A stretch of DNA of 46,757 nucleotides from Nanobdellati archaeon (GTDB lineage: Archaea > Nanobdellota > Nanobdellia > Woesearchaeales > JAADFO01), in NCBI GenBank assembly GCA_013152815.1, contig JAADFO010000063.1:1-46757 (forward strand), given 5' to 3'. The position numbers were made by a program, and so were the translations under genes. Shown piece after piece: positions 9,384 through 19,283 of this stretch (position 1 is the first letter of the stretch; each line of letters opens with the position of its first letter). The notes below the pieces were generated by a model, which saw only the letters and a program-made list of their open reading frames with translations, had not been told where the DNA came from and did no database searches.

Positions 9384-9989
9384 TCATATGATGCCATAGA
9401 GTCCGTAGAGTATCCTGTCTGCGAGGAGATAGACGTCTGCCTGGTCCCTTGCTGTCGCGATGATGCAGTCGCCCTGCTCTTTGAGGAGCGTCTCGTTGCC
9501 GCCTCTGAAGAGCAGTACCGGCGTTGTGCTGGTGGCATTCTCACAGGTTATCACCTTCTGGCCGTAGGTGTTGGGGAACGCCATGCCTCCATCGACAAAG
9601 ATGTCAAGGTTCGGCTGCAGGAGCCGCTGGAAGTCATACTGGACCAGGGCCATGTCAGAGATGAAGTCGGAATCGTTATCATAGCTCATCAGGAACATCT
9701 TGGTGTTCTTGAGCCGGGCCACCGGGTCTCCCTGTATCTTGACCTGCGCTGCAGCATCGGGTTCATAGATGAAGTCGAGATTGATGTCGTTCCAGTCGGT
9801 TTCCCAGAAGTTCTTGCTCGGGATGAAAGTGAAGGTGTACCCGTTGTATTCCCTCTTGTTTGCTGACGTGTTGTTCCTCGTGACCAGAAAGCCCGCGATG
9901 GAGAGTACCATGATCATGACGATGAATATCGATACTGCGTTCTTTTTGGAGAATAATTTCGATTCTTCCGGACGTCCGCGTCGTCGCAT
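9384..9989 (-). CDS. Single-pass membrane protein of unknown function (paralog of adjacent gene)
   Basis: TM segment, EYNGYTF, C-terminal VITCEN...DCIIATA...LADRILYGLYGII. Confidence 0.75.
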   Translation of the reverse strand: MRRRGRPEESKLFSKKNAVSIFIVMIMVLSIAGFLVTRNNTSANKREYNGYTFTFIPSKNFWETDWNDINLDFIYEPDAAAQVKIQGDPVARLKNTKMFLMSYDNDSDFISDMALVQYDFQRLLQPNLDIFVDGGMAFPNTYGQKVITCENATSTTPVLLFRGGNETLLKEQGDCIIATARDQADVYLLADRILYGLYGII

Positions 9990-10207
9990 GGGAATCAAAA
10001 GCCCCGGGCTCTTTATAATCTTTACGGTCAGGGACGGGGCTCTTGGGCGTCCTCAGTATATATCGATTACGATATGCTGGAGAAGATACATCTGTATCGA
10101 TATATTCTTTTACCGATATATTTATATAGATATAACGATAACGACATATCGGCTCTGGATGTCTCTCCCGGGAGATCCGTCCCTTCAACCGGTCGCCCCG
10201 CTCTTAT

Positions 10208-10244
10208 TTACACAATTACACAAAATTACACAGAAATTTACATA
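10208..10244 (+). repeat. Short direct repeats TTACACA x3 plus TTACATA immediately before the padR start
   Basis: Copies at 10208, 10216, 10226, 10238. Confidence 0.7.
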
Positions 10245-10246
10245 AA

Positions 10247-10771
10247 ATGGCAAAAGGACATCTGAAATATGCATTGCTGAAGTGCCTCTCCCAGGAGCCG
10301 CTCTCGGGCTACGGGCTGATGAAGAAGATAGAGGCCAAGGCCGGCGCATGGCATCCCAACTGGCGGCCCAGCTTCGGTTCGATCTATCCTCATCTGAAGA
10401 CGATGCAGGAAGAAGGGCTCCTGAAGAGCAAGAAAAAAGGCAGGAGCATCGTCTATGAACTCACTCCTCCGGGAAGAGCCGCCCTTGACGTCCTTTCCCG
10501 CGAGCAGAAAGGCCTTTTCATGGAACTCATGGCCCGGATGAAGGTCTTCTACAATACCGACGATCATTTCGATACGAAGGCGCTGAAGATCTGGGAGCTG
10601 GTGATGCAGGGAGACGATCCCTTCAGCGAGATCAACGACCATATCATCCGCTTCAAGAAAGCCATGTTCGACCTTGCCGACAAGAACATCATCAAGAAGA
10701 ACAAGAAGGAGATAACAGCGATCCTGGAGACCGCGACCAGAGGGATGGAGTCCATCAGGAGACGCAGCTGA
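10247..10771 (+). CDS. PadR-family transcriptional regulator
   Basis: LKCLSQEPLSGYGLMKKI...WRPSFGSIYPHLKTMQEEGLL...YELTPPG winged helix. Confidence 0.92.
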   Translation: MAKGHLKYALLKCLSQEPLSGYGLMKKIEAKAGAWHPNWRPSFGSIYPHLKTMQEEGLLKSKKKGRSIVYELTPPGRAALDVLSREQKGLFMELMARMKVFYNTDDHFDTKALKIWELVMQGDDPFSEINDHIIRFKKAMFDLADKNIIKKNKKEITAILETATRGMESIRRRS

Positions 10772-10816
10772 ACGACAAGCAGAAGAACATCGACCACCAA
10801 CAAATTATCGACTACC

Positions 10817-11593
10817 ATGAGCAAAACAAACAAAGATATCCTCATCAGGCTGCAGAACGTCTGGAAGACCTACACCATGGGGGCGAACAAGGTGCATGCC
10901 CTCCGGAACATGAACTTCGAGGCGAAACGGGGAGAGTTCGTCGCCATCATGGGCCCTTCGGGGTCAGGGAAGAGCACCATGGTCAACCTGGTCGGCTGTC
11001 TGGACATCCCCACCAAGGGAGAGATCTTTCTCAAGCACCAGAACATCGCGCACCTCTCTGAATCCAAGCTGGCCCAGATACGAGGGCAGACCATCGGCTT
11101 CATCTTCCAGCAGTTCAATCTCATCCCCACCATCAGCGCCCTCGAGAACGTCATGCTGCCCATGACCTTCCAGAACATGGTCCGGAGCGAACGGGAGAAG
11201 CGGGCGGCGAAGCTCCTCGACCTCGTCGGGCTCGGCGACCGGCTGCACCATCGTCCCACTGAACTTTCAGGAGGTCAGCAGCAACGGGTGGCCATCGCAA
11301 GAAGCCTCTCCAATGACCCTGAGCTCATCCTTGCCGACGAACCGACCGGGAACCTGGACAGCAAGACCGGGGTGAATGTCATGTCCTTCCTCGAGAAGCT
11401 CAACCGGGAGCAGGGCAAGACCATCGTCATGGTGACCCATGACGAAAAGCTGTCTCATATCGCAGAACGGGTCGCCCATCTCATGGACGGACAGATCATC
11501 AACGAGACCAGGCCGACAGCAAAGGAACGCAGGCAGAGCTTCCTGCACAGCGGTCTTGCACCAAAGGAAAGTTCCATCTCAAAGAAGTCATGA
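10817..11593 (+). CDS. ABC transporter ATP-binding protein (LolD/MacB type)
   Basis: GPSGSGKST Walker [14 protein letters not shown] signature, [16 protein letters not shown]. Confidence 0.96.
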   Translation: MSKTNKDILIRLQNVWKTYTMGANKVHALRNMNFEAKRGEFVAIMGPSGSGKSTMVNLVGCLDIPTKGEIFLKHQNIAHLSESKLAQIRGQTIGFIFQQFNLIPTISALENVMLPMTFQNMVRSEREKRAAKLLDLVGLGDRLHHRPTELSGGQQQRVAIARSLSNDPELILADEPTGNLDSKTGVNVMSFLEKLNREQGKTIVMVTHDEKLSHIAERVAHLMDGQIINETRPTAKERRQSFLHSGLAPKESSISKKS

Positions 11594-11719
11594 TCACTAT
11601 ATGCTATATATGCACATATATGCCTGCGTCGTGAACCGAATTAGGATGAATAATCGAGGATGATACCCATGAACACAAAAAGACAGACCGGGAAAGGAAA
11701 CAACAGAAAGGTGGTGCAC

Positions 11720-13018
11720 ATGAAAAAGAGCATGCTTATGATTCTTCTTGTCTTTGGCTTGGCTTTCGGACTTGCTGCCAATGCCATGGCCGCGGGAAGC
11801 GGCGAAGTGGTGGACTCCTACAGGATCAAGGTGAGCCTCCTTAACCAGGACCCCGACCCTGTAAACCAGGGAAATTTCGTCGATCTCCGTTTCAAGTTCG
11901 AGAACTACGGGCTGAGGGAAGCGGAGAATATCGAAGTCCGTCTCCCTGATCAGGGACCCTTCAGCATGGTACGGGAGGCAGACCGCCTCCAGGAAGTAGG
12001 GACCCTCACCGGCCGGCAGACCGAGGTGGACGGAAAGGTCATCAAGTATCGGGTCAATGTGGCGAACAATGCCGGCGAAGGGGACTACGATGTCAACATC
12101 CAGTACCGTATCGATGGCGGCGCATGGCAGGAACCGTCTCCCTTCACGGTCACGGTGCGACAGACCCGGCCACAGCTCGCTGTCCTCAAGGCAGTCACCG
12201 AACCAGGACGAGTTGTACCTGGCCAGGATGCGACCCTCACGCTCACTCTCGAGAACATGGCCGAGAAGGATTTTAAGGATGTGCGGGTCACCTTCCAGGT
12301 GGTCTCGTTCACGACCACGACGACAACCATCTCCAAGGAAGAGCTGCCCTTCTCTCCTCTGGGGACCACCAACGAGCTCATCGTAGGGACCATGCCCCGA
12401 AGATCGCAGAAAGAGGTCGCCTTCTCCTTCACGACCGACCCCACCGCAGACATCACGGTCTACAAGCTGCCGGTGCTCATCTCCTATGCCGACTATTTCG
12501 GGAACAACTACTCCACCACCCAGTATACCACCATCGTCCTGGAAGCGAAACCAGAACTCTCGGTCACCGTGGACAGCAGCGATCTCAGCAAGCCCGGACA
12601 GAAAGGGGACATCACCCTCAAGTTCGTCAACCGGGGCATCGAGGACATCAAGTTCCTCACGGCCGATCTTCATGACGATGATCATCTCACCGTGCTCTCC
12701 TCCAACGAGGTCTATGTGGGAAACATCGATTCAGACGACTACGAGACCGCAGATTTCACGGTCTATCTGAAAGACGGCTGCTGCGAGGACGGCACCTTCT
12801 CCCTGCCGCTCTCCATCCGGTTCCGTGACGGTTCCAATCGGGCATATGCCGATGAGCCGAAGGATGTCAATCTTCGCATCTACACCGAAGAGCAGCAGGA
12901 GCGGTTCGGCATCCAGCAGAGCAGCAGTTCGGTAGGGATCATCATCGTCGTCCTCATCGTCGTCCTCGGTCTTTTTGTCTATCTCTACCTGAGAAGACGG
13001 AAAAAGAAGAAGAAGTGA
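11720..13018 (+). CDS. Secreted, C-terminally anchored S-layer-domain (COG1361-like) protein
   Basis: Signal peptide MKKSMLMILLVFG, repeated Ig-like modules (NQDPDPVNQG, YVGNIDSDD), C-terminal TM plus basic tail; typical partner of archaeal MacB-type ABC operons. Confidence 0.82.
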   Translation: MKKSMLMILLVFGLAFGLAANAMAAGSGEVVDSYRIKVSLLNQDPDPVNQGNFVDLRFKFENYGLREAENIEVRLPDQGPFSMVREADRLQEVGTLTGRQTEVDGKVIKYRVNVANNAGEGDYDVNIQYRIDGGAWQEPSPFTVTVRQTRPQLAVLKAVTEPGRVVPGQDATLTLTLENMAEKDFKDVRVTFQVVSFTTTTTTISKEELPFSPLGTTNELIVGTMPRRSQKEVAFSFTTDPTADITVYKLPVLISYADYFGNNYSTTQYTTIVLEAKPELSVTVDSSDLSKPGQKGDITLKFVNRGIEDIKFLTADLHDDDHLTVLSSNEVYVGNIDSDDYETADFTVYLKDGCCEDGTFSLPLSIRFRDGSNRAYADEPKDVNLRIYTEEQQERFGIQQSSSSVGIIIVVLIVVLGLFVYLYLRRRKKKKK

Positions 13019-13081
13019 ACCCATCCTTTTTCCATGTTGCCTGCCCGGCGTCAAGACGGCCAGGAACACGATGGACCTCCC

Positions 13082-14305
13082 ATGATAAAGGACTACTTCC
13101 GGTTGGCGGTGAACGCTCTTCTCCAGCGCAAGCTCCGGTCCTATCTCACCATGATCGGCGTCTTCATCGGGATCGCAGCCGTCGTCTCCCTCATAGGTCT
13201 CGGTGCAGGTCTGCAGAACGCCATCATGGGCCAGTTCGGCAGCTTCTCTCCCGATGTGTTGAGCATACAGGCCGGAGGGGTCCAGGTGGGTCCTCCCGGA
13301 AGCGGCGCTGTCACGCCTCTGACCAGGGATGATGCCGATGCCTTGCAGTCGGTGAAGGGAGTGAAGCTCATCATCCCACGGATGATCCGGACAGCAGAGA
13401 TGACCTTCAACGGCAGGTCACAGTACAATCTTGTCGCTTCCATGGTCAGCGGAGATGCCCGGAAGGAGATAGAACGGGTCCTCCAGCTGGAGATCGCCGA
13501 GGGACGGGCCCTCAAGGACAGCGACCGGAACAAGGTCGTCCTGGGCGCTAATTTCGCCGAGTCCGGCAACGGCTTCGGGAAGACCATCAGTCCCGGACAA
13601 CGGGTGTCGATCAAAGGAAAACTCTTCGAGGTGGTCGGCATCAGCAAGAAGCGGGGCAGTTTCATCTTCGACAACATCGTGCTGATGAACGAAGGGCCCA
13701 TGATGTCGCTTTTCGACGACCACACCAAGGTCGATATCATCGCTGTCGTGGTCAGTGACCAGAATGAGATCGACAGGGTCCAGGCACGCCTCGAGAAGAA
13801 GATGCGGCAGTTGCGCAAGGTCAAGGTCGGTGAAGAAGACTTCGAGGTCACCTCTCCCCAGAACACGCTGCGCACCATCGGGGACACGCTCTTCGCCGTC
13901 CAGCTCTTCGTCTATATCATCGCAGGCATCTCGCTCCTGGTGGGTGGCATCGGCATCATGAATACCATGTACACGGCCGTCCTGGAACGGACCAAGGAGA
14001 TCGGCATCATGAAATCCATCGGTGCCCAGAACTACGTCATCTTCACGCTCTACTTCATCGAGTCCGGTCTCATGGGGATCCTGGGCGGCATCATCGGCAT
14101 CCTTCTCGGCATGGGCCTCGCTTCTGGCCTCGCTTTCGTGGGACGGATGGCCCTGGGTTCAAACCTCATCCAGGCATCATTCTCCCCCTTCATCCTGTTC
14201 GGTGCGCTGCTCTTCTCCTTCCTGCTGGGAAGCGTCGCAGGCCTCACCCCTGCTCTGGGTGCAGCGAAGATGAATCCGGTCAATGCGCTGAGGTATGCGA
14301 AATGA
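13082..14305 (+). CDS. ABC transporter permease (MacB/FtsX type)
   Basis: RKLRSYLTMIGVFIGIAAVV, GIGIMNTMYTAVLERTKEIGIMKSIGA, C-terminal PVNALRY. Confidence 0.95.
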   Translation: MIKDYFRLAVNALLQRKLRSYLTMIGVFIGIAAVVSLIGLGAGLQNAIMGQFGSFSPDVLSIQAGGVQVGPPGSGAVTPLTRDDADALQSVKGVKLIIPRMIRTAEMTFNGRSQYNLVASMVSGDARKEIERVLQLEIAEGRALKDSDRNKVVLGANFAESGNGFGKTISPGQRVSIKGKLFEVVGISKKRGSFIFDNIVLMNEGPMMSLFDDHTKVDIIAVVVSDQNEIDRVQARLEKKMRQLRKVKVGEEDFEVTSPQNTLRTIGDTLFAVQLFVYIIAGISLLVGGIGIMNTMYTAVLERTKEIGIMKSIGAQNYVIFTLYFIESGLMGILGGIIGILLGMGLASGLAFVGRMALGSNLIQASFSPFILFGALLFSFLLGSVAGLTPALGAAKMNPVNALRYAK

Positions 14306-15516
14306 TACGGGACATCATCACCTATGCGGTGAACAACCTCAGGAACAGGAAGATGCGGAGCTGGCTCACGGTGCTCTCCATCCTCATCGGCATCGCGGCG
14401 ATCTTCACCCTGGTCAGTTTCGGTCAGGGCCTCTCGAGCTATGTGAACGGCCTGGCATCCAAGATGGGCACAGACAAGATCATCGCCCTCTCCAGCAAAT
14501 CCCTGACCAGCGGCATCAACGAGGAGCTCTTCTTCACCCAGGACGAGGTCAATCTCCTGGGCAAGGTCAAGGGGGTCGCCGAGCTCAGCCCGAACTATCT
14601 CAAAGGGGTCCAGGTCACCAAGGACAAGAAGGTGGTCTATTCCTTCGGCATCGGCATGAGCACGGGAAAGGACCGTCGGCTTGTGGAAGAGGTCTTCACC
14701 GTCGATATCATCCGGGGGAGGGCCCTCAAGACAGGGGACCGGAACAAGGTCGTCCTGGGATACAACTATCTGGTCCCCGACAAGATATTCAAGAAGCCGG
14801 TCAAGGTCGGAGACAAGCTGGACATCAACGGCAGGCTGTTCGAGGTGGTGGGCTTCTTCGACGAGCTGGGCAATCCCTCCGATGACCGGAACGTCTATTT
14901 CACCTATGCAGGTTTCGAGTCGCTCTTCCCTGACCTCAAGGACCGCTACTACCAGATCATCATGCGTTCCTCCGCCGACACGGTCCCTGCGACGGTGGCT
15001 GCGCGGGCCAAGGAGAAACTGAGAAAATACCGTGGCCTCAAGGAAGGCGAGGAGAATTTCGACATCCAGACCTTTGAGCAGGCGCTCCAGACCTTCACCA
15101 GCATCATCACGGTCATCAACAGCATCCTCCTCCTCATCGCGCTGGTCTCGCTCATCATCGCCGGCGTCAACATCATGAACACCATGTACACGGCCGTCCT
15201 GGAACGGACCAAAGAGATAGGCATCATGAAAGCGGTCGGTGCGCAGAACAAGGACATCCTGGTCATCGTCGTCGTCGAGTCCAGCCTTCTCGGTGTCATC
15301 GGAGGCATCATCGGGGTGATGCTCGGCTGGGGAATCTCTTCCCTCGGCGGGAAGATCGCCGCCGGCGCCGGCTATGCTCTCCTCAGTCCTGTCTTTCCCC
15401 TCTGGCTCATCCTCGGCTGCATCTTCTTCGGAGGAGGCATCGGCGCCCTGGCAGGCTATTTCCCTGCGCGGTCCGCTTCCCGGCTCAGGCCGGTGGACAG
15501 CCTACGCTATGAGTGA
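14302..15516 (+). CDS. ABC transporter permease (MacB/FtsX type), second paralog
   Basis: RKMRSWLTVLSILIGIAA, IMNTMYTAVLERTKEIGIMKAVGA, PVDSLRYE; ATGA overlap with previous gene. Confidence 0.95.
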   Translation: MIRDIITYAVNNLRNRKMRSWLTVLSILIGIAAIFTLVSFGQGLSSYVNGLASKMGTDKIIALSSKSLTSGINEELFFTQDEVNLLGKVKGVAELSPNYLKGVQVTKDKKVVYSFGIGMSTGKDRRLVEEVFTVDIIRGRALKTGDRNKVVLGYNYLVPDKIFKKPVKVGDKLDINGRLFEVVGFFDELGNPSDDRNVYFTYAGFESLFPDLKDRYYQIIMRSSADTVPATVAARAKEKLRKYRGLKEGEENFDIQTFEQALQTFTSIITVINSILLLIALVSLIIAGVNIMNTMYTAVLERTKEIGIMKAVGAQNKDILVIVVVESSLLGVIGGIIGVMLGWGISSLGGKIAAGAGYALLSPVFPLWLILGCIFFGGGIGALAGYFPARSASRLRPVDSLRYE

Positions 15517-15681
15517 ACCGCACCCTTCCTCTCCCCCCCACCTGCCCACAGGCGTTCGTCCTTCCTTCCTGTTCCTGGTTTCATCATTCTTCTGGTCTCA
15601 TCATTCTTCTGCAACCCCTGCTTGGTCCAACCTATACTCTGTCTCAACAATCTATATTAATGGAGAGGGCTCTGCCGCTCC

Positions 15682-15885
15682 ATGGGACAGACACATTGGG
15701 GGTGGATAGCATGGTTCCTCATCATCGCCTCATGGACCTATTCCCCGATGGTGGCGCCGGCAGGTGTCTTCTCCCCATTCATCCTGGGGCTTCCCTTCAC
15801 CCTGTTCTGGTGGATGGTCCTCACCCTCATCCTCCTCGTCAGCGTCATCCTTTTCGCGAACAGAGCATTCGGTGATGGCCGATGA
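15682..15885 (+). CDS. Small two-TM partner protein of the sodium:solute symporter
   Basis: 67 aa, two hydrophobic segments with ILGLPFTLFWW; ATGA overlap with the SSS gene, a common arrangement. Confidence 0.75.
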   Translation: MGQTHWGWIAWFLIIASWTYSPMVAPAGVFSPFILGLPFTLFWWMVLTLILLVSVILFANRAFGDGR

Positions 15886-17336
15886 ACCTCCTCGCCCTGG
15901 GCCTTCTCCTGGCATATCTCCTGGTTCTTTTGGTCTTCGCCTACTATGGATTCCGGCGCCGGGAGGATACACTTGAAGATTTCTTCGTCGGCAGAAGGGA
16001 GATAGGGAAATTCGTCGCCTTCATGACATTCTCCGCGACCCTCTTCTCCTCCTTCACCCTCGTCGGCATGCCCGGGTTCTTCTACACCCACGGCATCGGC
16101 TCATGGGTCTTCATCGCCTTCGCCGACGTCTTCATGGCAGTGATGATATGGTTCTTCGGGTACCGTATATGGGCCCTGGGCAAGAAGTTCCGCTACATCA
16201 CGCCGACAGAATTCCTCAGGGACCGTTTCGACAGCAACAGTGTCATGATCATCGCAGGGCTGATAGGCATCCTCTTCCTCCTGCCCTACATCTCCATCCA
16301 GCTGGTGGGCGCGTCCATCCTGCTCTCCACGGCGGGATTGCCTTCGCTCATCGGCTCTCTCGGTTTCGTCCTCGTCATCCTCGTCTATTCTGAGTTCGGC
16401 GGCATGAGGACCGTCGCCTGGACCGATGCCTTCCAGGGAAGTCTTTTCCTCCTCATCGGCCTTCTCATCGGCGGCCTGTTCCTCGCCTGGCACCCCGGCA
16501 ACCTGTTCCTCGACGTCCTTCGGGTGGACCCAGCGCTCCTCTCTGTGCCTGGCCCGGCAGGCCTGTTCACCTATCCCATGATGATATCGTTCTTCATCAT
16601 GATCATCTTCATGCCCGCGACCCAGCCTCAGCTCACCGTGCGGTTCTTCCTCCCGAAATCGAAGAAGGTCCTCAAGACCATGATGATCGCCTCTCCCATC
16701 TTCGCCTTCCTGGCCATGCTGCCCACCCTGGTCATAGGCTTGGGGGCAAGACTCATCGACCCTGCGCTGGCATCAGGCGACCTTGCCCTGCCGACCGTCC
16801 TCACGGTCCTTCCCGGCTTTGTCGTCGCCCTCGCCCTCATCTCGGTCATCGCCTCTTCCATGTCGACGGTGGACTCCCAGATCCTTGTCCTGAGCTCCAT
16901 CATAACAAAGGACCTCTTCGTCAATCTCCGGAAGAAGAAGATAAGCAGGAAAGCCAGGATGTGGATAGCACGCCTTTCCATGTTCCTGCTTCTCGGAGCA
17001 GCGTTTCTCATCTCGGTGAAGCCGCCCAAGCTCATCGTGACCCTCTCCATCCTCTCCTTCGCCGGGACCCTGCAGCTTCTTCCCGCCATGATGGGTGCAT
17101 TGTTCTGGAGAAGGACCACCAAATGGGGGGCTCTAGCGAGCATGGTGGTCGGTGTTGCGGTGCTTTCTCTGGCCCAGTGGGGCGGTTGGAGACCCTGGTT
17201 CGGCTTCCATGGCGCCATCTGGGGACTTGCGTTCGGTATGCTTGCTCTTGTCCTGGTGAGTCTCGTCACCAGACCACCGACAAGGAACGGCAGGAAGGTC
17301 GTCGCTTTCCTGGAGAAGGAGTTCGGCATGCTGTGA
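15882..17336 (+). CDS. Sodium:solute symporter (SSS/PutP/PanF family)
   Basis: DFFVGRR, FSSFTLVGMPG, GGMRTVAWTDAFQG, SSMSTVDSQ; ~13 TM segments. Confidence 0.93.
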   Translation: MNLLALGLLLAYLLVLLVFAYYGFRRREDTLEDFFVGRREIGKFVAFMTFSATLFSSFTLVGMPGFFYTHGIGSWVFIAFADVFMAVMIWFFGYRIWALGKKFRYITPTEFLRDRFDSNSVMIIAGLIGILFLLPYISIQLVGASILLSTAGLPSLIGSLGFVLVILVYSEFGGMRTVAWTDAFQGSLFLLIGLLIGGLFLAWHPGNLFLDVLRVDPALLSVPGPAGLFTYPMMISFFIMIIFMPATQPQLTVRFFLPKSKKVLKTMMIASPIFAFLAMLPTLVIGLGARLIDPALASGDLALPTVLTVLPGFVVALALISVIASSMSTVDSQILVLSSIITKDLFVNLRKKKISRKARMWIARLSMFLLLGAAFLISVKPPKLIVTLSILSFAGTLQLLPAMMGALFWRRTTKWGALASMVVGVAVLSLAQWGGWRPWFGFHGAIWGLAFGMLALVLVSLVTRPPTRNGRKVVAFLEKEFGML

Positions 17337-17361
17337 TACTGCTGTGGTGTGTTGGACTTAT

Positions 17362-18384
17362 TCAGGTGCGGATCCCTCTTCGCCCTGTCTTCTTTCCCTT
17401 CCCGTCCTTTTCTTCTTGTCCCTGTTCCCCTTTCATCATCCCTTTCCTCTTCCGCATGTTATGAAGATAGTTCTCTGTCCTCTTCCTGACCTTCTCCCTT
17501 CGTGCCTCGTCGACATCCAGCGATGCGATGATGTCCTGGACCTCCTGGTCATCGATGCGGAGGAAGGTGCTCTGGAAGTCGACGCCTGCCTCGCCGACGA
17601 GCCGGTGGTAGGCTTCTGCTTTTCGGGAGCCAAAGTACTTGATGGCCTGGAACTTGGTCAGCCCGTCGGCCCCTGCCTCCAGCAGGGCAGGGATCTCCTC
17701 TATCCGGTCCGACCAGGAGCCTGCGATGATGTCCAGGTCAGGAAAGGCCTTCCTGGTCTCCTGTATCCATCGGCAGTAGTATTTGGTGGCAGGTCCTTCA
17801 CCGAAGGGCGTCCCGGGGTGGGGGATGAGACGATAGAACGTGATGCGGTCGACGGCATGCTTCCTGATGAACTCCAGCAGCAGGGGAATGTCCTCTTCGG
17901 TCTCCCCGAGGCCGACGATGAGGGTCATGGCCTTCCGGAGACCCAGCCGGTCGCAGAGGCCGAACATCCTCTTTACCTCAGCAAGCGGCTTGTCCGGACA
18001 GACCTGATCATGGATCCTGGGGTTGATGCATTCCACTGTCCCGGTCATCCCCTGCACATAGGGCAGGAAGCGTTCCAGCGCATGCTGGTCGAAGATGCCG
18101 AAGTTCAGCCATTGCTTCTCGCCCATGATGCTGCTGACCTGCCTCGTGATGTCCACCAGCTCCTGGATGCTGTGGCTGTGGATGCCTCCCGAGAGGAACT
18201 CTATCTTCCACCCGCAAGCTTTCGCGATGACGGCTTCGGTCAGGATGCTCTCCGGCCGCCTCCTCGCTCTCCTGGGGTCGGTTATCTGCTCCTTGATGGT
18301 CGACATATAACAGAAGGTGCAGGTGGGCCTGGCGCAATACCAGGACAGGAAGATGGCACGCTCGAAGAAGACAGGTCGTCTCAT
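17362..18384 (-). CDS. Radical SAM protein, BioB-like, with atypical Cx4Cx2C motif
   Basis: FERAIFLSWYCARPTCTFCYMS, EFLSGG, IVGLGET, LIPHPGTPF; start at ATG 18384 overlapping the DUF192 stop. Confidence 0.88.
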   Translation of the reverse strand: MRRPVFFERAIFLSWYCARPTCTFCYMSTIKEQITDPRRARRRPESILTEAVIAKACGWKIEFLSGGIHSHSIQELVDITRQVSSIMGEKQWLNFGIFDQHALERFLPYVQGMTGTVECINPRIHDQVCPDKPLAEVKRMFGLCDRLGLRKAMTLIVGLGETEEDIPLLLEFIRKHAVDRITFYRLIPHPGTPFGEGPATKYYCRWIQETRKAFPDLDIIAGSWSDRIEEIPALLEAGADGLTKFQAIKYFGSRKAEAYHRLVGEAGVDFQSTFLRIDDQEVQDIIASLDVDEARREKVRKRTENYLHNMRKRKGMMKGEQGQEEKDGKGKKTGRRGIRT

Positions 18385-18848
18385 TTTCTTGCCGGAAGAT
18401 ATGTTACGGTATCGTTCTTTTCTATCTGGTGCTTCTCGGTGAAACCTGCGTTCATCTCGATGACATAGCGGGCAGGGACGAGCGAGCGGTAGATGGGACA
18501 GGGGTCTTTCTCGCAGGGCTGCACTTCCCTGAAGATGTCCACGATACGCCAATCCCGGTCGATGAACACCATGTCGAGCGGGATCAGCGTGTTCTTCATC
18601 CAGAATGCTCTCGGCTGCTCATCCTGCCAGACGAAGAGCATGCCTGTGGACTTGTTGAGCTGTTCCCGGAACATGAGTCCCTGCTGCCTGGTCTCTGGCG
18701 TGTCCACCACCTCCAGGGCGATCGTCGCATCCTGTTCTCCATGGAACACCGCCGCGGGTCCTGCGGGACGGTTGCTGCAGGAGGCGATGGTCATCCCGAG
18801 GAGCAGCACCAGCGTCAGGATCAGGAAAGTCCCTGCAGAGCTTTTCAT
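18381..18848 (-). CDS. DUF192-family exported protein
   Basis: GLMFRE, GMLFVW, FWMKNTLIPLDMVFID, YVIEMNAG; lipoprotein-like signal ending IASC. Confidence 0.9.
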   Translation of the reverse strand: MKSSAGTFLILTLVLLLGMTIASCSNRPAGPAAVFHGEQDATIALEVVDTPETRQQGLMFREQLNKSTGMLFVWQDEQPRAFWMKNTLIPLDMVFIDRDWRIVDIFREVQPCEKDPCPIYRSLVPARYVIEMNAGFTEKHQIEKNDTVTYLPARK

Positions 18849-18927
18849 GGCCTCCTGTATTTGGACAACCTTTATATATGTGTGTGCCCTGGGACCGTTG
18901 ACAGGACCGGTGAGGTGAGTTCATCCC

Positions 18928-19278
18928 ATGGTGACCAAGAAAGACGCCGAGAAAGACAACAGCTTCCTGAACACGCTCAAGGGGATCGTGTCCAGTTCCA
19001 TCGTCAAGAACATGAAGGAACGTTCCGAAGACCTGGTGCATCATGCCCAGGAGATCGCCTACCAGACCGCTGAGAACATGATGGAGAAGCTCTTCTCTGC
19101 CGTCCTCTTCGGTGCGGGTGTGCTGTTCATCATGATAGCCATCACCCTCCTCGTCGTCCAATACCTTGACCTTACGCTCGGCTGGAGTTTCCTCCTCATG
19201 GGACTTCTCCTCCTCGTCATCTCCCTGCTCTTCAAGGGACATATCAGACAGAAAAGATATTATCGTTTCAAGAGGTGA
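18928..19278 (+). CDS. Two-TM protein resembling the YqjE/holin-III family
   Basis: N-terminal amphipathic helix followed by two TM segments and a basic tail; GGTGAGGTGA RBS. Confidence 0.6.
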   Translation: MVTKKDAEKDNSFLNTLKGIVSSSIVKNMKERSEDLVHHAQEIAYQTAENMMEKLFSAVLFGAGVLFIMIAITLLVVQYLDLTLGWSFLLMGLLLLVISLLFKGHIRQKRYYRFKR

Positions 19279-19283
19279 GACCC

